The notes: generated from the letters alone by a model not told the origin. Shown: positions 35,881-49,500, numbered from the whole stretch's first letter. The stretch: DNA of 63,804 nucleotides, filler included, from Hyphochytrium catenoides (GCA_900088475.1; 9 parts of 9 records of this genome joined end to end with filler, not necessarily neighbours in it), one strand, 5' to 3'. Numbers and translations: made by a program.

Positions 35881-38166
35881 AAAGGAGAAAGTTAGAGAGA
35901 TACAAAGAGGAAGAGAGGGGGAGAAGTGGCAGGAGCGTGTCAGACTGTATCAGAGAGGAGAGAGAACGATGGAGAGAAGAAAGATGAAGAAGTATTGAGG
36001 GCGGCGAGAAGAGAAGAGGACTTAGCAAGATGGGACTGAGAGGAAATGAGGAGAGGAGGCACAGATCTAGTGATATTCTTGGTCACTAAAGGGCCACATT
36101 TGACTCCTCACTCCTTTCTTTTAGCCCCCTAGCTCCTGTTTGTTGGTGGACAGGGCAGTGTCGGGTGGCGGTTATTTNNNNNNNNNNNNNNNNNNNNNNN
36201 NNNNNNNNNNNNNNNNNNNNNNNNNNNNNNTGCTGCTCGTACGTATTGTAATCGAGGTTCACCTCTTCTTCTTCTTAGGCTTCTTGTTGCTTCTTTCTAA
36301 GCTCTCCTCTGCGTCGTCCTCTATTACTGAGTGTCCCGGCTAGTCTGCTTTACATAGAGATGGAGCTATTGTGCAGCACAAATGGAAAAGCGTAGCTTAT
36401 CAATAGCGACACCCCCAACTCCCTCTTCTTCGCTCAGCCATCAGAGTTTCCTTCACAACTGGCTCACTTTTCCCTTTCGGAAGCACCGCCGCATGAGCTC
36501 TGAAGCCCATTACATCTTTTGCCTTCTCCCTTTTCCCGTCTAACAAGCAGACTCATAAATTTGTCAAGGGTAGCCTTCCGTCCGCGTTCTTGTTGTCCTC
36601 TCGTCTTCTAGCCTGCACCCCAACTTACATCTCCTTTTTTATGAATGTACACTCTCTCTCTTCGGTTGGATTACCATCTGACGCGTTTCGTCCTGCCTGC
36701 TGCCGTCGACACTGTAACGAGGAGCAGACTCTAGAGGAAACAAAATCGGGAGTCAATATAGCCTTACACGACTCTCGTTTCTAATGATGGTAAGCTGTCC
36801 AGGGTGGCAGTCTTATTGCAGCATCCTATTACCGATTACTCTTGTTTGCCCATTCTCTATTGTCTTTCTCTTTCCTTTCCTCACTCTGCCGTATTTGTCT
36901 CGAATAGAGCATCTCCTTTAGATCCTTCGTTTCAGGCTTGCTCTCCCTCTTTCTCTCTTTTTGTTTGTCTTTAATTTTTCTGCAGGTAGCTTTCCCCTTC
37001 TCCCCCTCTCTGTCTATTTTCATATTCTCCCCATTTTCCGTTTTTCTGTCCTCGTGATCCTGCTCTTCTTGCCGGGTAACCCTCTGTCCTCTTAATCTCT
37101 CTGCCTTTTGCATCATTCACTTTTAGGTATAAAGAGCTCATTAGTACGTCGTCTGGGCCGTCCTCTATACTTCCTCCCCAAGTTTCCCCCGTTTCCTGCA
37201 ATACTTTCCCCTCGTTTATTGGACTGACTCAGCAAACAGTAAAGAGATTCTCCATTCCATCCGGCGTCTGCCTCTCTCCTACTTGCCCCCTCTTCTATTC
37301 TCCTAGTAGCCAAGTTTAAAGCGGCGGCCCTCTTGCTCTCTTTTTAGTTAGCGCTTTAATGGCTCTTTTTTGTTCGCGCTTTCTTGGAAAGCCCATACAC
37401 TACTGTTTAAGTGCTTTTAACTCTTCCTCTGATTAGCTCTTCCTCTAACGCTCTCTCAGATTGCCTCCACGTCTACATTTTCCTTTCCTTGGTGCCCTCT
37501 TTTTACGTGTGTCTCTGTTGCCTTAGTGGTTAGGATATCTCCTTCTCTCCCATTTCCCTGACAGGCTTCTCGGCCCCTCACCTTTTTTCCTTCTTGCGAT
37601 GATCGCCTTTTATGAACGAATGGGTTAATTGATACCTCGTTGTTGCCACCGCCGCTCCCGGTTTTTGCTTCTGCTTTATTCGGCCTCTTCCCTCGATCAG
37701 TCTCATTCCCTACCTTTTCTACTACTCTCTCTCTGGCGATACTCGGGGCTGCTCATCTTCTCACGTCAGCTGTAACCGTTTTCCACCTTCCCCTTTCTAT
37801 CTTCCAAGTCCTCGCTCATTATCTCTCTGTCTTTTCTTCTCCTCGTTAATTTTCCCTCTATCTTGTTGAAATACCTTTAACGCCCAGACTTCAGCTTCCT
37901 ACTGCTGCCTGTTCTCTCCCTCTGCTTTCCACCAAGTGTCTGGCTAACCGATTTCTAAGTAGCAGCTTTCCTTCCCCTTTTGCTTGAGCGTCAGCTTTTA
38001 ACTAATTCCAGCGCTCTCTATCACCTCATTGCTTCTCTATTATGTGCTATCGGCTCTCTCTTCCATNNNNNNNNNNNNNNNNNNNNNNNNNNNNNNNNNN
38101 NNNNNNNNNNTTAATTAATTAANNNNNNNNNNNNNNNNNNNNNNNNNNNNNNNNNNNNNNNNNNNN

Positions 38167-38206
<40 letters not shown>

Positions 38207-38494
38207 GAGAGAGAGACGTCATACCAACGAATGACCGTTTTCCCGCTCCTGCTGGCTCTTCTTCTTGCCTCTTTGGTTTTTTCTCGTCAATAAAATCCAG
38301 CAGCTCGCCTTCGGCTGTACCCGTCACTGCTTGCTCTTCTACTATCTCACCCTCCATCCTGATGATCCTCCTCTTCTCTCCTTCTCCTGCTGCGAGGCCG
38401 TTGTCAGACTAACTATGGGCCGTTCCTCTTCTTTCTCTCATCACGATAGCATTTCTTATCAGCCAGCACCTCTTCTTGTCTCTTCCCCTCTCTT

Positions 38495-38796
38495 CTTGTC
38501 TCTTTCTCTCTCTCCTTCTCTCTCCGACTCTCTCTCTCTCTCTCTTCGACCCTCTCTCTCTCTCTCTCTTCTCGCCCTTCCAGCGCCTCTCTCTTTCTCT
38601 CCCAATCCCTCTCTCTCTGACTTCCCAATCGTTCTCTCCTCTCCCACTCTCTCTCTCTCTGTCTCTCTGTCTCTCTGTCTCTCTCTGTCTCTCTCTCTGT
38701 CTCTCTGTCTCTCTGTCTCTCTGTCTCTCTGTCTCTCTGTCTCTCTGTCTCTCTCTCTCTCTGTCTCTCTGTCTCTCTGTCTCTCTGTCTCTCTCT
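38495..38796. repeat. Compound (CT)n/(CTCTCTGT)n microsatellite
   Basis: Read directly; it generates spurious SL/RE ORFs. Confidence 0.9.
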
Positions 38797-39603
38797 GTGG
38801 CCCACCCTTACTGTCCGTTACAAATCATTCTCAAACACAAAAGCCTTGAANNNNNNNNNNNNNNNNNNNNNNNNNNNNNNNNNNNNNNNNNNNNNNNNNN
38901 NNNNNNNNNNNNNNNNNNNNNNNNNNNNATAACAGGGAGAAGAGAGGGGGGAGGAGGGAAAAAGGAAGAGCCAAGTTGTTGCTGTATGACGGGGCAGATG
39001 ATAGAGGATCCAAGAAGCAAACCGATGAGGCAGCAGCAGCGGCGTTGTCGTGACAGAAGAAGAGGTTTAGAAGAAGGAAGGCAAGGAGGGATAGGAAAGG
39101 GTATTGGAAAAGTGGCAGAGAGAGAGAGAGAAGAGAGGAGAAATGGGGAGAAAGAGAAGAGAAAAAGGATGAGAAGAAGAAAAGAGAAGAAGAAACAACG
39201 CGACAAGAGAAGGGAGACAAACAGAGGAAGAAGTGGTCGTAAGAAGGATAAAAGCAAACGTAGGAGATGATAGAAGAGATTGTGGTGTGGTCCCAGAACA
39301 GGAGAAGATGGAGCGAGCAAGAAAGAGAGAGGAAGCAACGACAGACGGCTAGAAGACTCGTGCGTGATGCCGCTCACTTATCAGGAAGACGACGACGATA
39401 GGACCAGAAAAGTAGGAGCAAACAATTGTGGAGGAGGATACGACAAAGCAAGGCGGCTAGGCGAAAGAAGAAGAATGGAACTACTATAATGGCAGTTGCT
39501 CCTNNNNNNNNNNNNNNNNNNNNNNNNNNNNNNNNNNNNNNNNNNNNTTAATTAATTAANNNNNNNNNNNNNNNNNNNNNNNNNNNNNNNNNNNNNNNNN
39601 NNN

Positions 39604-39756
39604 TGACGAAGACGCTTGAAAAACGAGAGCATTGTCGATTTCTGCCTTTGCCTCAATAAGACATGTTTTGGCATTCTCATCTAAAAGCGGTCGACCTTGC
39701 AAATATTTGACTAACGGGAAGCAGAGGCGTGAAGCCGTGCTATCAAAAGCCTCCAT
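39604..39756 (-). CDS. N-terminal fragment of membrane-protein paralog C, truncated by an assembly gap
   Basis: MEAFDSTASRLCFPLVKYLQGRPLLDENAKTCLIE aligns without gaps to paralog A MDNYRQTAELLTEPLLRFLESQPLLDLQTRKRLTE (13/35 identical). Confidence 0.72.
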
Positions 39757-40313
39757 ATCGGAGTGAACGGGGTCGTTCGAGTCCGACGAATAATAAGAGG
39801 GGAATATGAAGTACTCAGCGGAAGCTGTGTCTTACTTTACTTTGTGCATCACCAGCAGAAGAAGAAATATAAGCGTCCAACATGGAAGCCTGATGGGCCG
39901 TCTATCCTCGGGGCTTCATCATTCTTCGCTTGCTTCACGGTCTGCTCCGTCCTGGAAGGAGTTGGCGGAGCAAAGAAGATGGAATGGCAAGCTGCTTGGA
40001 GCTTGTTTCCCAGCGTACGAGCGGCCATGTTCGCTGGCTCTTGTTCTTTTTTGCTGTCCCTTGCTTATCGTGAAAGGCCAAGCCTTCTTCTGCCTTCTCG
40101 CTCCCTACTGCCAAACTCCCTGAGTATAATCTGTACAGCATCCTTGCCTTCCCCTCTCCGTCCTAATCCTAAGCTACGGTGGGCCGCGAAACCGTTACGG
40201 GACTCCCTACAGTACGTAGCACCAGGAGCTACTTGTCACTTGAACAAGTAGAGCCGTCACGTTGGACGGTACTTAGGACTTGGGCCATTCATTATACAGC
40301 TATGCGACGGCTG

Positions 40314-40346
40314 TTGTACTTGTACTTGTACTTGTACTTGTACTTG
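40314..40346. repeat. (TTGTAC)5.5 array, reverse complement of the TACAAG repeat
   Basis: Perfect tandem units read directly. Confidence 0.93.
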
Positions 40347-43092
40347 GACATACAGTCGTCCATCTCATCACTCATCCTTCCCTTTCCGTAGATGCTCCAG
40401 AATATGCCGAACTTGCCAGAGAGAGGGCCCACACCTTGAGCCTAAGAAGGAGATGAAAGAACCAGCAGATAGCGAGGGCAGAGTGGCTGAGTGGGGAGCA
40501 ATGTGGACAGTAAGAGGGAGTTGCCTTGTTTACCGAACCTACAGCAGCAAGTTCTCACGCGCACAAGAGGAGGGCAGGTAGTGTTCATCACCCAGCCTTT
40601 TCATCAAAGGCACTGCTTCATCAGCAACGACACGAGCAACGCGAAGTCAGAGGATGGTAGTCGTGGAGCTATAGCTGCACCTGAACGAGATGGTCACCTA
40701 AAGCACTCGAATTCTCTCCATCCCAATACCTCCTTGAAGCTTGACGGTTTGTTTGCACGTGGGTCTAAAACGACGGATGAAGAATTTGACTACTTGACGT
40801 TCAACGCCCATAGATAGAAGAGCCACCTCCTGCTCTTCAACCTCTTTCTGATGTCTCGGCCTAGAAATTCATCTGCAGTACCACTTCAAGGGCTTATATA
40901 GCCACCATCGCCGTCGCGATAGCAAATACGAAGGAGGAACGGCAAAGGCAAGGTGATATGGAAGGACTTCGCTTCTTCTTTCAATAATTTCTTTAGTTTA
41001 TTGGCCACAGAGAACCTTCGTCCGAGGGAGGCTCGGGAGTTTATTTCTCCTTTCACGTTCTCGTTCTTGATGAACCTTGATGTGTAGAGCAGCTAATGCG
41101 CTCTCCACTTGCTATGAGAACTGGAGTTCGCAAAGACGCTTTTTAACTTATATTGCTCACGTAAGTATTGCTCAGATAAACCATCGCTCCTCGGCACACC
41201 CAAACCCTATTATCCTGTCGGACGTATACTACCTGATACTTTCCCTAGGTGTTAGTTGGCGTTGCGTTCACTAGTCACTCACGCACTGGCACTACCCTTT
41301 CGTTCCATGACTGTCAAAAAATCTAGGCTTACAGCAGATGCCACCCTAGGCCTTGGCTGTACCATCATACTGCCTAAATGGAGGCAAGGCAACGGTGCCG
41401 AGGCATCATCTTCTTCTTACGAGTATTCCGTTCAGCAGGAAGGACGGGACGTGATCGGAGACAATAGATATGATGTGGTGGTGTGTAGTGTGAACTCTTT
41501 CAGACCCTAGCGAGCAAGGGAAAGGTAGAAGAGGTATCCGATACTCGTCTGTGAAGAGCCGTGGAAAAAGGGGAAAAGGTCAGCTGTTATGGATGGGCCA
41601 TTGTAACGCGTCTTAGAAGAGGCGAACGATCACAGCAGCAGCAACATCAAAGTAGCAGAAAAAGTACGGATTGAAATAAAAGACGATGTTAGCCGATGAG
41701 GGTAAGATGAGATTGAGGCCCGTTGGCGGCCCCTCCCCGTAACACTTCAAGGACAAGTAGTTCTACTATAATGTTGAGGCGATCTCTGAAGACTGAACTG
41801 ATATGAGGGCCCATTGAGCTTTTCCAGCACTTCGAAACTGTGGAACAGTAGGGAGCGGTCCAGCTGAACCTACATGTACGATGATGGCGCTTGCTGGCGT
41901 CCTCATCAGGAACATGAGAGACTCGAATCGATGCTAATGAGGCCACCAGAGCAGCAGTCATGACAGCCATTGTCTGGCAAGCAAGGAGAGGGGCGAGGAA
42001 GTAATCTTGTAAGATGTAGAGGGCCAAACTGGAGCTCTTCGTAGCAAGTAGTAGTTCTAATCATAGCCGGAACTCACTCGAGCCGGCTACTGTACAGGAA
42101 TAAGCAAGGTCTACATATAATAATTAAAAAAGCTCTACCCAATTGGTGGTTTCTGTACGGAGTAGAATAATTTTCTACAACTTCGGCATGGTGTAAGGCC
42201 TTCCTTATCTTTGTAGTTCAAAGTCGACCAAGCCCAACACAATACAACACAATGGAGGAAAGGCAACGGGCCAGAAAAGGAAACTGACACGGCAAGGCCG
42301 CCATATTTTTGATTAAGATGTTCAGAATATTTGAGTCTTATATATAGGCAAAGGGGGCCACTGACCAAGAGTGTGCGAAGACCTCTCTAACCTCCTATCC
42401 TCGTCTTAACACCGGTTACTATTCGGCTACTTTGAAGGCAAGAAAAGATAGAGCTGGAGTGCACCCTTGTTCCATGATGATGATGACAAACCACTGTGGA
42501 TCACAAGGGAAGCAACAAACAAAGAGGAGAGCCTCCCTGCCCCTCTTCTAAACCCGTATCATCAACAATCATCCCTGCCGTCTGCTCCCTCTCCTTTAGG
42601 CTCTTCTATGTTGTCTCAACTCTTCCCTTCGTACCCAGTGATTCGCTCGTCAACCGCACCTGAAAGGATGTTGACAATGGGGGGAGCCGTCGTCCCCCTA
42701 CAGTCCCATCTTGGGCTTCTTCCCATCGGTCGTTACAGGTTTCTGGATACAAGTGCACTATTAGGAGAATGGATAGAGCTGTGGCGCCGAAGCCGATGGT
42801 GGAGCGGATGATGATGCAGCCGCTCCTTCTATCTCTCAGGCCTCGGCGGCGATAGGGCAAACTTCCTCTATTCCCATCCTAAAGACCTATAGCTATTGAT
42901 TTGTGCTCGACACCTTTTCCTCTCCAGTCCCTTGTCGCCACCTCAGTCATCGAAATCGGGGCCTTCGAAGACACTATTCAAGGTATCGCCGCGTCCTCCT
43001 GACCCTTTCATTGGGTGAAAGTAAGGCTAGGAAAGAGGTTGCACTTATTATTGGAGAGGAGAGTTATAGGAGGGAAGGCTTGCAGAAGAAAG

Positions 43093-45475
43093 ATGATATA
43101 CTACTCATCCAAAAGCTTCTTCCGCGTCATCTTCCGCTTCAGCGGGAGCGTCATCCTGTCCACCCCAATCCTCTACTTTCGCTGCCTAATCTTCAGCTCG
43201 GTGTCCATCGTGACTTACTTCCTCTATGATTCGATCCCCTTCTTTCACAAAGCAGTCCCCTCAGACTTCCTGCAGGGCCTTCTCACGTCCTTTAATGTCT
43301 TTGTGGGCCTTTTGGTCTCGTTCCGGCTAAACTCAGCCTTCACGCAATGGCGAGCTGGTTTGAATGCCTGCGAACAGTATGCAAAGACTAGCAGAGAACT
43401 AGTTGCAGAAGCCTGCTGCTTGATAGATGGGATCATCGTCTCGGAGGCCCTGTCAAAGGCGAAAGAGCTAGGAATACAGCTTGACACGGACGGCAAGACG
43501 GCGGAGATCCCTTACAATGGAAAACGTAAGTAGGGGACTCGAGAGGAGGTTGGGCATAATCCATTCGTCGTGAGTAGCGTTATGACAGTGGAGATACAAG
43601 TTAAAGAGAGAAAAAAGAGTCGTAGAACGGGCAGACTAATGTGGCTCTAACGCTTATTGGTCCGTCTTCCCGCTCCTCCTACCATTTTTCTTTACGCTCC
43701 TCTCCGCGTCCCCACATTTGTTTGCTTGCTCCTTCTCTTCGCTGGGTTGCCAGTCCCCATGCTTCTGCCTCAAGAAGCAACGGCGGAGACACCACCTGCT
43801 ACCCTCTCCATCGCGGCACTACCGGTACGTCAGTGTCCTAAGCTGACTTTCTAAAAGGCTTATGGCTGTTTGGTTCCTTGTTTTTCCGTGTTNNNNNNNN
43901 NNNNNNNNNNNNNNNNNNNNNNNNNNNNNNNNNNNNNNNNNNNNNNCCGGCCAGATGCAGCAGCTCTCTGCCACGCCTCGTAGAGATCCTGCTCCCAACT
44001 CCGTGACTTTGGCACCTCTTCGGTCCCCTCGAACCCAGTCAGCGCCCGCAAGCACTCCCGCTGCTCCTACTCCTCCCGCAGTTAGCGCCACATCTGGCCC
44101 CGGAGTTACTCCAGATGGGCCAGACGCTTCCTCCGAAGCTCAGAGCTCGACCTCAGCACCGGTACCAGACTTGCCAGCAGCAATGGCTTTCCTACCTGTA
44201 CCTACCGGTCCCACAATGAAGGAGAAGGAGACAGCTTACTCTCAGCACATGCGCTTGACGGCCAAGAAGTGCTCGACCTTCCTCTTTGAGCTACGCCGCC
44301 TCCTCATCCTTCATTCCACACTGCTCTTCGCCAACCTGCGGACCTCGAAGGTGGACTTTGATCAGCTCTGTCAAGAAGGATTATTGAAAGAGACAGAAAA
44401 AAAGGAGTTCCTCATGTGGGCGGAAAGGCCATGGCCTGACCACGTCTCCAAGGAGGCTCTGGCTCACGCGCCACCAAAGTCGCTCTTGGTACAGCTCGAG
44501 TCGTATCTCCGTCGCTTGGTCTCTCGACAACAGCATTGCGGCGTTCTCCTCCCAGTTCAGACACCAGCGCTCATCGGCAAGGTTTCACAGCTATCGAACG
44601 ATGTACAAGTTCTCCATTGCTTCTCGCATTATCCAATTCCCTTCTCGTACGCTCAGTTTGAGAAGATTTTCCTCTTCATGTATCTCTCCCTGTATGCCAT
44701 TGTGACCGTCGGCAAATCTGGCTACATGGCACCTGTGAGTCTGTTCATATGGAGTTTATTGTTGCTCGCCGCCGATGAGGTCGCCAATGAGATAGAGTGT
44801 CCATTTGGGACGGATCTGAACGACATTGATCTGGACTATCGATTGAGCGTGAGTGAGCGAGAGATCCGTGTTCTCATCACGCAGCAACTTCAAGCCATTT
44901 CTTATCCGTCCTTTGGCTTCACAAACCTTGAAGAAACTCTCTCGAGCTTTGCTGCTCCCATGTGGAGCAAGGAAGAGGCAGCTCCACAGGAGGAAGCTCT
45001 GTCATCTTTGATGATGATGCTTCCTACAAGAATGGCCCTGGCGCCGCCATCGATGCTATATAATGCAAACTACATGGGACTGTTGAACGGTATCCAGACA
45101 CATATTAAGAGTGCGGCCGCAGGTGTCGCCGAAGGTATAGTGGCAGGCGGCGAGGGTGTTGCTGGAGTCGTTATGGGAGCGAAGGCAAAGGTTCTTCCCG
45201 CCTTTACTTCGGCGTCATATTCTGCTTTCCTCCCAGGCAGGTTCTCTTTGCCATCATCGGCCGTGCACCCTCAGACCCACGAGGAGCATCTTCAGGGAGT
45301 GACGCAAAGCTATGCAACTGACGAAGCCGCTGGTCAACCCTTCGGGGACCAGAGTAGACAGGAATCAGCTCCAGGAGATACAGAAGACGTCAAAGGAGAG
45401 AGTGGGCAAGCAAAAGGAGGAAACATTACTCTTCCCCATCTTTCCTTCCATAAATCACCGTCTAGTCTTCAGTAG
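43093..45475 (+). CDS. Bestrophin-family channel (YneE/UPF0187-like)
   Basis: Phase-compatible exons 43093-43525, 43754-43824, 43955-45475 (a gap lies in intron 2). Motifs FRFSGSVI, LLVSFRLNSAFTQW, PIPFSYAQ, DEVANEIECPFGTDLNDIDL. Confidence 0.88.
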
Positions 45476-46549
45476 GTGCTGGACATGGATTTGGGGTGGC
45501 GGCACCACTACGCGGCATATACGCAATAGCAACATTCATGTGTAAGAGAGAGCATAACGAGTATATTATTCACCTAAGGGGCTAGGACCACGTCACTCAT
45601 CATCATGCGTCTCGACTTCCCACAGTTGTATGCTGAGTGGCTAGTAGGGTGTGAGATATTCATTATTCCTTTATCCTGGCTGCTGCATCACCCTCTTTTT
45701 ATATAACCTGCTCTCCAAAGGGGAGAGGTAGGACATGATGGCTAATACGACAATAAGACACAGGAGGCAGAGGTATAGCGAGGTCAGTCTACAAGCTCCA
45801 AAGAAAGCACAAGTAGGCAATCTCCTCTGGGCTTAAGTCTCAGCTCGTTTTGGTCCGCGGACGCACCATAAGCGAGGACCTTATGCCGCGAAGTTGGTCC
45901 TACTACTGCGGGAAGGAAGGACAGTAGTCACCCTAGAGGGGCATTAGAAGAGTACTCGCCACCACGTGACAACCACTGTTAACAACTGCCTGCGTATTAC
46001 CCGTCATCCCTCTGCAATTGGGGGTCCATGTCCCTGCGTCGACGTCCCTCACTACTCCCGGACCTCTGTTTCTGCACAATTTCAGTTTTCCATGCTGCTG
46101 GTGGCCAGAGCCTGTCCTCTATTGTCCTCAGCAGTGCTGCAAACGTAGAAGGGTAATGGGTGGGGTTTAGTTCGCTTGTCTCGTCGTGATCCTCCTTGAG
46201 CCCACCATGAGCCATTAGGTGAAAATAAGAGCCTTCTATTCCCAGAAGACAAGAGCAGCGGTTGCCCAGTGTCACAAGAGACTTTCACCACAGCGCCATA
46301 GCGTTAGAACTTGGTCCGAATCAACTCACGCTGCTCGTCGTCTGCCTCCCTTCTTCACCCATCTAACTTTCTCTCGAACACCAGGGTCAAGACTGCTTAT
46401 TCAACGTTTCTATTCACTCAGTGGTGGGGGCATCAGAGCTCCTTGAAGACCTAGGGACCATGATGTCTTGTCTCGTCTTCTTCCACCTTTCCGATCTTTT
46501 GTCTTACCTCGCCCCTCCCCAGAGCCCTCGAGAAGTATTTGCCTTTATC

Positions 46550-49500
46550 GCTGCGTCTCCCTCCCACACATTGCGGTCAATAAGGCCATGACCATGATGG
46601 TTACTTGCGGGCATTGACGGGGAGGCAACCCTTCAATGTGTAATTTCTTGCACGAACAACTCAAGAGTTCACTCAGCCTCATGTCCTTTCTAAGTGAGGA
46701 AGCGCGGGATGATTCACGTTGAAGAACAGCCACTGACCATAGAAGGAATGCGATGAAGCCTAGATAAACATCAGGAAGCCCTCCGACTGAGCTTCCAATG
46801 GGAGCAGGTAATAATGACAAGATGGTCTTCTGAAGACCTCGCTGTCAGCAGCAGACGTATAGTTCCTTGAACGCTGTGCGTCGACCGATAGCGATGGAGA
46901 ACACAGCGAAATAGAAGGCGCCCACAAAGCAGTGAGGCCAGCAAAAAGCCATACCTAGAGGACAAGGGACTAAAGCACCTAGTAGACCGTGTAGCGGGGC
47001 TCTCAGGCGAGGCTCAGAGAACTATAAAGAAGAGAGGGGCGAATGGCTACAGGCCGAAAGCCTGTCATTTAGACGGCCAAGCACAGTTGCCTGAGAAGGG
47101 GATAGATCACGACGAGAGGACAGAGAGGGCGATGATCACGGCAGGACAAACTCCTACGACAAAGTGGCCCAGGCCGCGCAGAGGTTGAAGCAGGCCAACG
47201 AGAGCCAGAGCACGCCGACCCAGTCAGACAGAGCCTCAATCACCTCGGAGATGCGCCTGGTGCTATCAAAGGGAACACGCATAACTATCCAGCGTCGGCA
47301 TAGAGGATGCAAAGCCATGCAAGACAGCGGCAGATGCCATGCATACTTACTCTTGCATGGCTTTCAATGCTCTATCGCGGCGATGTACAAGGCATTGAAT
47401 GGATTTAGCAGTGACAGAGAAGAGGCACCAGGCTAGTCCGGACGGAGTATAGCCCCTGCACAAATAGCACGACAGCAGAGGCGATACACGAAGAAGAGCT
47501 TAACCGAACAGCATAGGAGGAGACAACAGAGGCAAGAGAACCACGGCGCACCAACAAAAGTGAATGTGCGGAGAGCAAGAAGTGCCGCCTCAACAGCCAT
47601 CAGCGCAACCAGAAGAGGGACGTACGACGGATTGGAAAGGAAGAAGAGAGGAAGTGACCCTTTGGAGAAGAACCATGGAACAGCTGCTCGTCAACGCAGC
47701 AGACAATAACTTCAAGCAGCGACATGAGGGACAGACCGCCGCATAAGGGACTTCTTTCAATTGCAGAACGGAGCACAACAAGAACCGCTAGAGCACGGCC
47801 TTGTTCCCCAGCCGCAGCTTCTGCAAGATGTTTCGATGTACTTAGACTAGAGGTAGGGGCACTACTCCTAGGAACGTACCATCACTCACTAGTAGAAAGG
47901 AAAGCTCAGAACGACCTGAGAGAGGGAGAGATTGGGGAGAGGAGAGGTGCGAGAGGCCAGGTGAGTCTGACGCACCATAAAGAGCCTAAGGCGGCGTACT
48001 CTCCCTCTAGTGCGGCGTGAATGTAACCTCATTGTAGGCCTCACCAGCCATACCGCCACAAATAAGAGTAAGGAAAACATAGGGAAGCTTGCCGTCATGG
48101 AAGTAAGGCAGCTTTTAATTGACAGACAAAGGTTAGAAGGACGGCCACCGCCAACTTCAAAGAAAGCATCGTAATCTCCAAAGAGCAGACACTGCCCAAG
48201 CACATAGAAGAGAAGGATCGTTGTTATGCCCACCACATGACCGACTAACCGCCACCCTGCTGCGGGATGTAGCTCTTATCATATGAAGCTTCTTTCTCGT
48301 TCCTTTCTTCGGACAGGAGGGTTGCCGCGTGGCTGTACAACTCCTAAAAAATAGTTAGCCTCTCATTTGACAGAAGGAGTCGATAGAACAACAGACGTGA
48401 GGGAGGAGATGTATAGGTATAAACAAGAAATCTTATGCTCGTCGCGTGTAGCTTGTGTTTGCCTGCATTTAACTTGGACCTGGCCATCGTTGGAGGGATG
48501 TCAAAGTAAAGCCATGAAGGTATCATCTGGATTATCATTGTAGCGAGTTTCCAGTCTTGTCCGAATCAGTGATGATGGCGAATAGAGGTTCGTGAAGGCT
48601 CCTGCCAGGACTACTGAGCTGGTGCCATCCTTTCGCAAGGAGGAGGTAGATCTTCCCGCTGTTTCTAAACATATAGGCAAAGGTTGCTCGGTCGTCAGTT
48701 CAAGAGAGAACACCTGATAAGAGAAGAGCTTCTGCGGGTGGTCTACGCGCTACGACTGGGATATCTAGTAGTACGACCAGCAAACGGATTGTCGCCTTGC
48801 CACACCACCAACGACAATCTCACCAGGCTGATGCAGATCATTCACAGCCGCCTTCCCCTTCCCCTTCATTCCTCTTGCACTTGTGGAGTGAGAAGAGTGT
48901 CGTCATAACTCCTGCTTGCCCTCCTGATGAAGGTCATCTCATTCCTCTCCTCGTGTCCCTAAGAGTTTTCGGCCATCGGTCCGTCATCCTGCAGTCCCAA
49001 CGTTAGCGAGCGGATCATACGTCTAAATGCCTTAGAGACTCAATTTTAGCAGAGGAGGCAAGGGTTCCTTGTTGAGGAACTGTCCTGTTAGATCCTTATA
49101 GCCCTCTGGAGTTCACGGGCCTTTTTATCTTACCACAACCACTATGCCGAAAGAGGAATAAGTCCAGGTAGGTCTCAGGGCATTCTTCACTGCGCTGAGG
49201 ATGATTGGGCCCGCGGACCGTCGGCAAGGTGCCAAGGGTTACGTACCGCCAAGTCAAAAGGACGTTCCTGTGCCTCGAAGAAGAGTCCTTGCATAATCTC
49301 TCTGATCGAAGAAGATTAGTGTACCTTTGACTAGCCCTTACTTTTTTTGACAAGCCCTTAGGACATCTGCAGGAGCATTCACCATTAACGCCATCCTTCC
49401 TGCGATCATGCTGACATGAAGCCACTGATCCTCGATCTCCACTTTCTTCGGGTTGAACCTCTTCTGTGATCTGCTACCGGTTTAGGCGTCGGTCTGAGGA

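Noticed and set aside
37520-37540. TAGTGGTTAGGATAT resembling the tRNA-Glu D-arm/A-box
   Set aside because: No B-box or cloverleaf follows.
38413-39377. Long SLSL/RERE ORFs (also 21679-22452, 56075-57198, 61384-61989)
   Set aside because: They are translations of CT/AG microsatellites.
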